64,000 nt of DNA, taken from assembly GCF_018350175.1 (NCBI RefSeq), contig NC_058368.1, positions 124,188,001-124,252,000 of the forward strand. The letters are read 5' to 3'. Shown here one piece after another: positions 26,047 to 38,445 of this stretch. Both the position numbers and the translations under genes were made by a program. The stretch is from Felis catus. Taxonomy: Eukaryota. Position 1 is the stretch's first letter. Each line of letters opens with the position of its first letter. Below the pieces are notes generated by a model. That model did no database searches. It saw only the letters and a list, made by a program, of their open reading frames with translations, and had not been told where the DNA came from.

Positions 26047-27349
26047 TAGGATCTACTATTTTTAAAAAATACTAACTTCTTTGAAGATGTATGACTTGAA
26101 CTATCATCTTCAAACAAAGTAATTTCAAGAATTCTGGCTGGAAACTTTCTTTTGATTCCAGTTATATATCACTGTCTTGGATATTCTGCTTCTGACTCAA
26201 ATAGAAAGGTCTAAAAACAATACACACATATTGTATACATACATACATACATAAATGCACCCGCTTTTTACAAAAGTCACAGTACTCATCTTTTTACCCC
26301 GTCTAAGACCACTCTCCTTGAACTGCCTAAGTCAATGGGGTCCATTGTTGTCCCTTATCTATTAAATTCTAGCTTGTCCAGTCTTCTTTCATGATGTCTT
26401 TCTCATTTGTCTCTTCTTTTCTACCCACTACCATGACCCATGTAATCTAGGCACTGACCATCTTAGTACTTATCACTGCCTTCCTGCTTCCAGTCTCTTT
26501 CCATCCTCCAAATCATTCTAACATTATAGGTGGATGAATCTATTTATGACATTATTTTAAACTTGTCATTCTTTTCCTTAAAAGAGGAAACTTAAATGGT
26601 GAATATTAATGCCAAATATTTTAGCTATTTAAGAGTCTAAATATTTGGCTTCATGCGCCTGTCTCACTTATCTTCTCCAATATTTAAAATCTATTCTGGA
26701 GAGGCCTGGCTGACTCAGCCATAGAGCATGTGACTCTTGATCTAGGGGTTGTGAGTTCAAACTCCATGTTGGATGTAGAGATTAAAGAATAAATAAATAA
26801 ATAGTAAAGTCTCTTCTAAAAACCCCCTCTACTCAGACTTTCCTCAAGCTATCCCACCATGATAGACCTAAAGAGAAAAGCAAACAATCTAATGAAGCTT
26901 TCATTTTACTTGACCTCATCTTGCCATTCACAATCTGATCTACATTTTATCACTCCCAACTAGCCACTCCTAGCCACTAAGTTCAAGCCACTGCAAACTA
27001 CTAGACTTTCTCTAACACAGTTATTTCAGAGTTTTTACATCTACATATCCTATTCCCTGCCTCTAGAATGTCTTTTCCAGACTCTGCTTTGTACTGTGTA
27101 TAACTCAGATGAAACATCATCTCTCCTGTGGAATTTCCCCCCACTCCCACAAACATCTTGGCTCCCAATGCACTCGAGTACCGTTCGGTAACAGGACTAA
27201 TAACACTGTTATTAGTCCTCAGATATTCTCAGAATCTAAGATACTTTGAGGCACATAGAGAACAATTAAGAGTGGGTTTTAAAAGACTTTCTGGTATGGT
27301 CATATTATTCTAGTCACTGATATTCAAGTATACTACATGAAGAGACAGT

Positions 27350-27580
27350 ATACGCATCACAGTTAAGAGCTCAGATTCCGAAGCCAGGCTGTCTAGGTAT
27401 GAATTTTGGATCTACCTCTTATGAACTCTGTGGCATTAGACAAATTAACCTCTCTTTGCTTTAGCTGCCCTCCTTGTAAAAGGAAGATAATAACATTTAC
27501 CTCCCAAGGCTATAAGGAATAAAAGAATTAATATGGGCAAAGAGCTCAGAAAAGTGACTGGCATAAAGTAAGCATTACAC
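27350..27580 (+). mobile_element. MIR
   Basis: GTTAAGAGCTCAGATTC...AACCTCTCT...TGTAAAAGGAAGATAATAA. Confidence 0.7.
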
Positions 27581-29427
27581 ATGTGCTGGATAGAATATAG
27601 CTTGGTTATTTCTGACCCTTTCTACACAGACCTCTATTTGGAATGGGTTTCCTTCATTTTTCTCCTTATCCAAATTTTACAAAGTTTTCAAGTCTGACCT
27701 CTGCTCAGTCTTTTGTGATCATTCCAAACCTTAAATAATCACTCCTGAATTTATATATCTACAGCATTTTCTGTATCATCCTGCATCTAATTAAAACTGC
27801 CTTGCACCCTTGCAATTTTTCATACATTTGTCAGCTCAATTTCTGTAAACTCTATCAATGTCCTGACGATATTTCCTGCATCTTTGTGAATTCCTGGAGC
27901 CAGATGTGTTTAGTATTTGTTGTGTAAAATAATAAATAGACTAGAAACTTCAACTCTGATCATACTGCCTTTGCAATCAAAGAAATGGAGAAGGCTATGA
28001 GAACATTCCACACATTTCTCTAGGAGCCAAGCTGTATTAGGGCCAGGGAATCCTGACTCCTGTGAAAATAAGAAGCACTCAAATAAGTTTTTTTTTTTGG
28101 GGGGGGGGGAGGATGGGGAACCCTCTCTGCAGAACAGTTATGGGGAGTCCAAAGTTCTCAAACTGTAGTAGTGGACCCTCCATGAGAAATGTGTCAGCAT
28201 GAAAAAATGACCAACAGCGAGTACAGGACTTGAAATTACATAGATCTAGGTTTCAACGGACCCTGAGCCTCAGTTTCCTTCTTTATAAAGTGGGTACTGC
28301 AACATCTCCTTCATAGGTATACAATAATCAAAATTGCCCCAACATTTAACTCCAGTGCAAATTCCCTTAGGAAAATGTTGAAATAAAGTGAAAACACTGC
28401 AACTCATAAATAAAAATGAGAACACTCGTACACATTTTTCATTACATAAGAAAATATCTTAAGTTAGCTGGCAGCAGTACTGTAATATTCTAAATTACCT
28501 CTGAGAAAATTAAACGTGCATAATATTGTCAATTAATACAGACATGCAAAGAGTGAAAAATTCCACTACAAAACTTATTCTCCATCCTGTAATTTTTTTC
28601 TTCCACTTGTGATTAAAAACAAGTGTTCAAAATTATCCCCCCCCCCAAAAAAAAGCTGGAAAGCATGATTTAACTTAATATCAAGTTGGTTCTATAAATG
28701 TAAAATTCCATTTACAGTCCAAAAATACTTCCAAATGGGAATTATCATGAATTTAAGAAATTAAGATAATGGCGAACAGCTCATATGATGATCTGAGTCA
28801 GGAATTTCAAATTAAGAGTTGTCCAACTTGAAGCTGGCACTCACACAGTCTAAAGGGTTTGTTTACAGCACTGACTTAACCAAAGGCTTCAATCTTTTAG
28901 AAGAGTCACCCTGGCATTCTAATCACTACTTATTTTAAAGCAGTGTAATGGGTGAAATGACCCCATACCAACTACACAAATTAAACCGAAATGGGTGTCC
29001 TTTCTTAAGGTAAAAAGAACAAAAGTGGCAAGTCTTACTTCTAACCTGATATTTTTTCAAAGAAAAAATAGTTATGAATAAAATGCTGTCCATCCTAAAA
29101 AACAGAACCTTGCTGCGTGGAATAACCTTTAAGCTTGGTGAGGAGGGGTGAAATTTTAAAGATGAATTTGGTGCTTTTTCAGATACAGCGTTAGGTGGGA
29201 TTCGTTAGAACTGGTACACGTTAGAGATAAAAAGAATAAAGACGTCAATTTAAAATGTTTTAAGATGAACTTCCAACAGTGTTGAAACATTACAATTTCA
29301 GGATGAAAAGACGGCTTTGGGGAAGAGAAATTAACCTCCAGGTAAAAAATGAAGAGTCAAATGCGGGGCTAGAGGAATTAAAGGGGCAAAAAGTGGGGAT
29401 TTGGGGGCGAGGGCCTGAGAAGGGGGT

Positions 29428-29430
<3 letters not shown>

Positions 29431-29489
<59 letters not shown>
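29431..29489. repeat. (TG)~29 microsatellite
   Basis: Uninterrupted TG run in intron 1. Confidence 0.97.
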
Positions 29490-29491
<2 letters not shown>

Positions 29492-29767
29492 GCGCGCTGG
29501 AGGTAAGGTATGCACTTAGGGTTGAGAAATGTAGGTGACAAAGTTGTAGAGATCAAATTCGGAGGTGTGCGAATAGGGAAAGGAACGAGGAATGTGGGGA
29601 TTTCCAGACTGGGATTAACAAATTTAGGGCTCGCGCGCTGTTGGGGCGCCCCTCTCGCGAGGGAGGGTGGCCCTCTCCAATGCCAGGTCTCCGGGCCCGA
29701 ACGCCCGGACCTATAGCCCTCACCCTCCCGCTACACGGCCCTTCACTTGGCCACGGAACCTCCTCAC

Positions 29768-29950
29768 CTCAGGCCGCGGCGCCTCGCTCCTCCGCTTCTG
29801 TACAGCGCACGACTCCCTCGGTGCCAGGCCGGGCCCGTGGGCCGCGCAACCGCGGCCTCCGGCTCAGCTACGCCCGGGCGTTCCCCGCGCGGCTCCACGG
29901 GCCTCTCGGTTCCTTGCCTCGGCTCCGGCTCGCTCCCGGCTCCTTCCCGC
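29768..29950 (-). other. IL6ST: IL6ST non-coding exon 1 (5' end/TSS approximate)
   Basis: Ends ...GCCGCGGCCTGAG|GTGAGG (GT at 29766-29767), inside the CpG island and downstream of CCAAT, GC and STAT motifs. The TSS cannot be fixed from sequence. Confidence 0.78.
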
Positions 29951-30056
29951 AGACGCGGCACGCGGCCCTCCTCCCACGGCGGGGCGCTGCGCCCCCTGAC
30001 CCCGCCCCGCAGCGCCCTCGCCGCGCCCCGCCTCCGGACTTAGGGACTGTATGCTG

Positions 30057-30093
30057 ATTGGCCCCAGAGAGACCCTGCGCGCCCGGGCATTGG
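30057..30093 (-). promoter_or_regulatory. Two CCAAT boxes (NF-Y candidates)
   Basis: ATTGG at 30057-30061 (GGCCAATCAG on minus) and 30089-30093, 32 bp apart. Confidence 0.6.
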
Positions 30094-30141
30094 GTCGGCT
30101 GCAGCCCGACGGCGAAGGGGCGGGACACCAGGCAGCTGCGA

Positions 30142-30150
30142 TTCCCGTAA
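30142..30150. promoter_or_regulatory. STAT (GAS-type) binding element TTCCCGTAA
   Basis: Fits TT-N5-AA GAS/SIE-type consensus. gp130 promoters are known to be STAT-regulated. Confidence 0.75.
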
Positions 30151-30714
30151 CGAGGCTCCCGGCGTCCGGGATTCCGGTGGCTGCGCCCGCGTCGCCTCTC
30201 CTAGACCAGATCGAAGGGTTCCCCCCACCTCCCCTCTGCGGGCGGAAAGAGCGGAATGTTCCATTTTTCCGTGGAATAACGGGGTCGTGAACTGAAGCCC
30301 GGGTGCTTTTTATGCCTGCCGCCATCCCTTCTCGCCGCGGTTTCTTCGGCCTTCCTTCTCAGCCTTCCCTGAGGGACTCTGTGCCGCGAGGGACCGCCGG
30401 CCACCCTTAGGGACAGAGGAGGTGTGGGAACTCCCCGGGGAAAATGAAGAGGCCGATGGTCGTGATCGTGGGGGCGCCGGCCTTGGTCCAACTCTTACAC
30501 AAACGAACCTTGCCATGATGTGTATTTTTAACTTACTAAATGAGTTGGTTGTGATTGATCAGTGAACCCCAGAGCTGGTGACACACCAAGAAACTAGTTT
30601 TTCTTTGAGGTTTGCACCTCCTAATCTGTGATAAAAATACCTAGCAAAAACTAATTTCATTACATTCCTCCCCCGCCTGGGAAATGGGCCTTCAGGCTCA
30701 CCGTGATTTTTTTC

Positions 30715-32384
<1,670 letters not shown>

Positions 32385-32430
32385 TCAGATTTTTTTTTCC
32401 TAAAGCAAGATGAGGAACTTAAAAGATAAG

Positions 32431-32431
<1 letters not shown>

Positions 32432-32478
<47 letters not shown>
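32432..32478. repeat. (TG)~23 microsatellite
   Basis: Uninterrupted TG run. Confidence 0.97.
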
Positions 32479-32481
<3 letters not shown>

Positions 32482-32874
32482 GAAACACATGAGAGGCCAG
32501 GGCCTTTTGTGGAAAAATGACAGTCTGTAGGAGGGCAATATACCTATAAATTAACAATTATAAAGTTTTTCATTACATTGAAGATCCAGAGTAAAACGCA
32601 GGATATACTATGATCTTTTTGTTGTTCAGATAATTTTTAAAAGACAGAGAAGTAGGTCTAGTGTTAAGGGAGTCCCAAGCAAACTTGGAGATGGCACTCT
32701 GACATAGACAAGGCTTCAGTGTGTTCAGCTTGCTGTTCCTCATCATCCCATGGCTAATTTACAGAGTGTGGCTGGATTGTATTCTAGTCCTGCCATTTAT
32801 AGGGGTGTTTAAAACAAACATATAACATCTAGTTAAGTTAAAATTTTTATTTAGATCTAGCAAACATTTATTTA

Positions 32875-33100
32875 GAGGCAATGTGTAGTGGTTAAGTATA
32901 CCTTCTGCTTCCAGATGACCTGAGGTTGCATCCTGGTGCTGTCCCTTACCATGTCTGTAACCTTTGGCAGGTCATCTTGGTTTCTTTATCTGCAAAATGA
33001 GAATAAGGGTACCAACCTCATAGGGTTGCTGTAGAGGTTAAATGAGTTAAAATAGATGAGGTGCTTTGTATATAGTAGGTGCTAAATAAATTTGTAGTCA
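32875..33100 (+). mobile_element. MIR
   Basis: GTAGTGGTTAAG...ATCTGCAAAATGAGAATAA...CCTCATAGGGTTGCTG. Confidence 0.75.
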
Positions 33101-35183
33101 TTAAATGTCTGTTATGTCAATGCTTCCTAAATCTTTCACATCACAGCATATATTGAAAATGATATTTCTCTGGCACAGGGAATAAAGTCAGAAGGAAAAA
33201 GTATCTCACAGCACAGTAGTCTGCCTTGTGCACTGGTCAAAAAAGCAAAAGACTGAGTTAGTCCCTTTGTGGGTATCTCTGTACTGCCTTAGTCCAGCCC
33301 TAACCTCTAAGAAACTCACATTTTGTGGGGATAAACTCCTGGGCTAAAAGAATGAATCAATATTGGAGAAATATTTTTCAGAACAGGAAGAGCCCTTCTG
33401 CCTTGGCTGGAATTCTAGGACTTTGCAAACATTTCCTTAGGGTAGTGGCCCAAAATGACCACTTTTACATTAAGGATTTGTCATGAGAAAGCCCTGTAAA
33501 AATTCAATAATAAGTGGGATAAAGTGACATATCAATTAAGAACTTTCCAAGTATGCCTTAGGATCATGTGGGATTTCACATGTATCAAAAGTGGAGAGTT
33601 GGGAAGTGTACAGTGAGAGAGCAACATGAGGACAATGAGGTGACTTGAGAGTAGGTGAACAAAGCTAGGAAAAAATGCTATGTGACAAAGGTAATATATG
33701 TCTGAGAGAAATTTTGCCTGCTTGCTATTTGCATACAGTTGGCCCTCATCAAGATAGCCATTTACTTCCTTGCCTGTGCCCAAGTGTGTTTCCGAAACTC
33801 TGTGTCAGCCTTGGAACTATCCCCATGTCCTGCCCCAGCCTAATGATTTCAGCAAACATGATAATGACTCAGTTAGCACCCTGACCTCACAATTTCTCAT
33901 CTTTCTCTGTTCCAATCATCTTCAACTTCACTCTGTCAGAAACCCACAGATGTAGCCACTCCTTGAATCCAGTCATCAGATGAAATTACTCCACCTGCAA
34001 AATTTTCAATTGTTAAGTTTCTTTCTACCCACAGCCACCTACTCTTGGACCTCTCTTACTCCCTCACTCCCACTTACTCTGTGATTTGTCCTCAGCATGA
34101 CCTCTAGTCTTGGTTCTCAAAGTTTATTAGTTATTTCCTACCTTCACTTTATCTCCCTAAACTGTGGGAACCCTTTTAGCAACTTTCTTAACTGCATTCT
34201 TACTAGTATCTTCAATCCCCTTGACCTTCAGCCATATTTACCTTATCAATACTATTTCCTAACTATCCCTTGTGCTTGAACTACCAGCCCCACCCTGACA
34301 TTTATTCCTAGCACGGAATCTTGTTTCATTATTCCCTGGGAAAAACCAATACCATCATTTGTGAGCAATCTTATCTTTTCCCCAATTTAGGAGGCAACTG
34401 TATATCCTTTTCTTCTTTTCCCACTGCCTTATTCCTTTAAAAGGTTTCCTCCTTCTGTGTTCTGGGTCCTACTCTTACCAATTTCAGTCCCCTAGTTTAA
34501 TGTTTTTCATTATTAGCATAAAATACTTTAGAAAGTTTAAAAATTAAATATTTAATTCAAACTATTAAATTAAAAATTTTTATTAAATTATTAAATTAAA
34601 AAAAATTAAATATTTAATCAATGGTGAGTTGGGGACATCTTGGGGACTCCAAATCTTTGTAACCTAATAGCATGTGATTCACCAAGAAAAATGAAAAGTA
34701 ATTCAAAATAAGTTTAAAAATGGAGCAGTTTCAGCCACACTGTAATCTACTTAATAAGTCTGGGATGAAATATGAACTTAAATCAAGTTGCAACCAAATT
34801 TGCAAGCTCAAAAACATGACAAATTCGTTTCATAGCAACAAAACTAAGCATGAATGTGACTTCATTTCAAAAATTTTACCGAAGAATAATATATAATCAC
34901 TGGGCATTCTGTAAGAGCACAACTTGATAGTTTTTCACAAACTGAGCAGAGCCATATAATGTGCATGTAGATCAAGAAAAAGAACATGACCAACACCCGC
35001 AAAAGGACCCTTCTGGTTATTGGAAAGTCACTGGTGACCACTATTCTAACACCACAGTTTTATGACTATCGTTTTAAAATTGAGAATTTAGCAGAAACTT
35101 CTTAATTTATTAGTATTTGCTTATTTTATTTCATTTTAATGAATAACTATAGTAGATCAAGAGAGTTAGAAATGAAATAAATA

Positions 35184-35370
35184 GGGGCACCAGGGTGGCT
35201 GAATCGGTTGAGTGTCCACCTTTGGCTCAGGTCATGATCTTGCAGTCCGTGAGTTGGAGTCACACTGGGCTCCCTGCTGTCAGCCTGTCAGTGCAGAGCC
35301 TGCTTTGGATCCTCTTTCCCCCTCCCCTGCTTGTGCTGTCCCCAAAATGAATAAATAGTTAAAAAAAAAA
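35184..35370 (+). mobile_element. CanSINE with TSD AGAAATGAAATAAATA
   Basis: Head GGGGCACCAGGGTGGCT, A tail, flanking repeats. Confidence 0.88.
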
Positions 35371-35659
35371 AGAAATGAAATAAATACTGCTCTGTATAAA
35401 GGTTAAACACAAATGCAAATCGAAACAGAGGGAGTCTAGCATCTTGTTACTCTAGACCTCTGGATAACTATCAAATAGTTGTGGGTTTGTCAATGATCTT
35501 GCACTACCCTCTTTCACAGGGAGAATGAAAGGCCAGTGCAGAAGTGTGAGCAACAGTCAGGTGTATCCTATTCCCAGACAAATATACAGGATAAGGAAGT
35601 CCGTTATTAGGACTACAGCTTTGCAGTGGCCCAGACTAGCTTTAAAACATCACCGTAAG

Positions 35660-35870
35660 GGGGCGCCTGGGTGGCGCAGTCGGTTAAGCATCCGACTTCA
35701 GCCAGATCATGATCTCGCAGTCCGTGAGTTCGAGCCCCGCGTCGGGCTCTGGGCTGATGGCTCAGAGCCTGGAGCCTGTTTCCAATTCTGTGTCTCCCTC
35801 TCTCTCTGCCCCTCGCCCGTTCATGCTCTGTCTCTCTCTCTGTCCCAAAAATAAATAAACGTTGAAAAAA
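35660..35870 (+). mobile_element. Young felid CanSINE
   Basis: Near-consensus, imperfect TSD AAAACATCACCGTAAGG/AAAATATCACCTTAAGG. Confidence 0.94.
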
Positions 35871-36454
35871 AAAATATCACCTTAAGGATTTTCACCATAC
35901 TTTGCTTTTGTTAACATTGACACAACACTTGGAGAAGCAAAGGTTTTTCCACTGTTGACCCTCATATGCAAGAATACTTTTCAGTTACAAAACAGATTCC
36001 TTGGCTAGAAGTTTGATACTTAGTACTAAAACCAGATAAATAAGAAAGTACCAACATGAATGTTTAAAAAAAAATATTTTATTTTATGGGTTTGTATGGC
36101 CAAGAATTTCCAGCCCTTTGCCTAGAATTTGGATAAAGTTTCAGTACTAATTGTATTAAATAATGGCTGAGGCAAATGTGTGTCTGTCTCCTCAAGGGAA
36201 GCTGGCGCACTGGTGCCTACTGAAAAGGCAAAAATTAAATGAATATACTTGTAGGAATAGCTGGAATGTTTTGAAAATGGTCCTGATTTTTCTTTAGAAT
36301 TTTAGGGTTTGATCATTTTCTGGGATTGACAAATAAATGGAATTTAGCTTTGAGTCAAATAAGAATGGGAACAAAGCTAATCTAGCTTGTATTTCAAATT
36401 ATGAGAATCACTATTTTGCTGTAGGCGGGCATGATACACAGACACTTAGTGTAA

Positions 36455-37007
36455 ATTCTATGTATGATCTCTTGCTTCCCAGTGTTCTTTGTGTGATTTC
36501 TTCTCCATGAGAGAAGGGCTGTAAAGAACTATGCTATGTAAGATTACAGTGACCATCTTGCTAGTGTCTCTCTGTTGTGGCTTTGAAAACTCAAACTGCC
36601 ATATTGTGGCCTCCATGTTATATGAAACTGAAATATTTGTCTTGTGAGGAGACTCTTTCTTGCTGGCTTTGATGAAGCAAACTGGCATTCTGTGGGCAGT
36701 CATATGGAGAGATCCATGTATCAAGGAATGGAAGATGGCCTCTGGCCAACAGCTAGTAAGTAACTGAAGCCTTCAGTCTTACAACCTCAAGGAACTTAAT
36801 TCTGCCAACAAAAGCAGATCCTGCCCAAGTGAAGCCTTGGATAAGACAGCATCCTCAGCCACCAAACTGACTGCAGCCTTGTGAGACCCAAAGCAGAGAA
36901 TTCAGTCAAGTTGTGCTCAGACTCTTGACCCATAACTGTGAGATAATAAATGTGTGTTGTTTAAGATAAGTTTATAGTAATTTGTGCAGCAATAGAAAAC
37001 TAACATA
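36455..37007 (+). mobile_element. MaLR (MLT1-type) LTR
   Basis: TGCTGGCTTTGATGAAG...AATTCTGCCAAC...TGTGAGATAATAAATGTGTGTTGTTTAAG...CAGCAATAGAAAACTAA. Confidence 0.75.
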
Positions 37008-37374
37008 GCAGGCAAAAGTTTAAAGCTATTTACATATATGTATACACTGAATGTTATTTTTACATATTCAAATCTGGCATTTCTTAAGTCAATAAAAAGA
37101 GCTGGATCGAGAGAAGGGAATTATATTAAATAGGAGCTTGCTCTGGTATTCCAAAGACCCAGGAATTAAGGGGATATCAACTGTTGCAGTTTATTCAATT
37201 CATTTATTCCATAAACATTTACTGAACATTCACTATGTGACAGGCACTGAGATATGGATCTGAATAAGAGACATGTGTTGTTCTTGAGACTCTCAAAGTC
37301 TAATGAGAAAGGTAAACAAACCAGCAATTACAGCTACGTCATAGTGCTGTGAGAAAGGTGTTAAGAGAACATTT

Positions 37375-37490
37375 GGGCACTTTTTGGGATGAATACTGGG
37401 TGTCAAATGTAAGAGATGAATCACTGGGTTCTGTTTCTGAAACAGACTACACTGTATGTTAACTAACTTGAATTTAAATAAAATAAAGAA
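37375..37490 (+). mobile_element. Short carnivore L1 3' end
   Basis: GATGAATCACTGGGTTCT...ACACTGTATGTTAACTAACTTGAATTTAAATAAAA. Confidence 0.75.
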
Positions 37491-37591
37491 ATAGACAATA
37501 TCTGGAAGTGCTCATGCAAGAATACTTAATGAACTGGGGATTATAATAACTCTGTACTTCTCTCTACCTCCAATCTCACCTCCTCAGACTC

Positions 37592-38445
37592 TGTGGTGGC
37601 TTAAAGATGGTTACAAATTCCATGATATCCCCTGTGGAAGGGTGAGGTCTATTTTTCTTCCTATTGAATTTAGGGAAGCTTGAGTATGGCATGGATCAAT
37701 ACAATACAGAAAAAGTGCCTCTATGCCAGTTCAGAGGCAGCTTCTTCTTCTCCTCCTTCTCCTTCTTCTTCCTCTCCTTATTCTTCCTCTTCCTCTTATT
37801 CCTCTTCTTCTCCTTCTCCTCCTCCTCCTCCTCCTTCTCCTCCTTCTTTTCTTTTTCCTCTTCCTCTTCTTCCTCTTCCTCTTCTTCCTCTTCTTCTTCT
37901 CCTCCTTCTTCTCCTTCCTCCTCCTCCTCCTCCCTCTCCCTCCCCTTCTTCTTCTCCTTCTCCTTCCTCTTTCTTCTTCTTCTTCTTCTCCTTCTCCTTC
38001 TTCTTCTTTTCCTTTTAATTAAGAAGCCCAACCTCACAACCCTGAGATCAAGACCTGAGCCACATCAAGTGTAAGACACTTAGGCAACTGAGCCACCTAG
38101 GCACCCAGGGGCTAACCTTTAAGAAAAGCTTTCACCTTGGTATCTGGAAATCTTGAGCCCCTATGTCAGAAGTCTAATTTCCTTCTTAGACCATATGAAG
38201 AGGGCTGAGATGACATGGAGAGGGACAGTGGCCCACCTGCCCAGTTACCAAAAGTAAAACCATCTTGTAACATCCATACCAGATTAGCTGCCAGATGCAT
38301 ACTACCATGATGCCAATCAGTGCCACAGAGAGCAGAAGAATTGCCTAGCTAGTCCTGCCCAATTCCTGACCTCCAAAACTGTGACATGTAATAAAATGTT
38401 ATTTTAAATTACTAAGTTTTGTTAGGGAGGAATAAACAACCAGAA
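37592..38445 (+). mobile_element. MaLR (MLT1-type) LTR interrupted by a SINE fragment and pyrimidine tract
   Basis: TGTGGTGGCTTAAAGATGG start, CAATTCCTGACC...CTAAGTTTTG...AACCAGAA end. Confidence 0.65.
37741..38015. repeat. ~275-bp (CTT/CCT)n polypyrimidine tract
   Basis: Nearly pure C/T with two A interruptions, abutting a minus-strand SINE head (38020-38106). Confidence 0.95.

Larger units (their letters stand above)
29630..30485. promoter_or_regulatory. CpG island / IL6ST promoter
   Basis: Only GC- and CpG-dense block in an AT-rich window. GC boxes (CCCCGCCCC 30000-30008, GGGGCGGG ~30117-30124), no clear TATA box. Confidence 0.92.

Noticed and set aside
29510..30516. Cluster of overlapping Arg/Pro/Gly-rich ORFs
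   Set aside because: Expected from stop-codon scarcity in a CpG island.
37664..38074. Poly-Ser/Leu/Glu/Arg ORFs
   Set aside because: Translations of a simple repeat.
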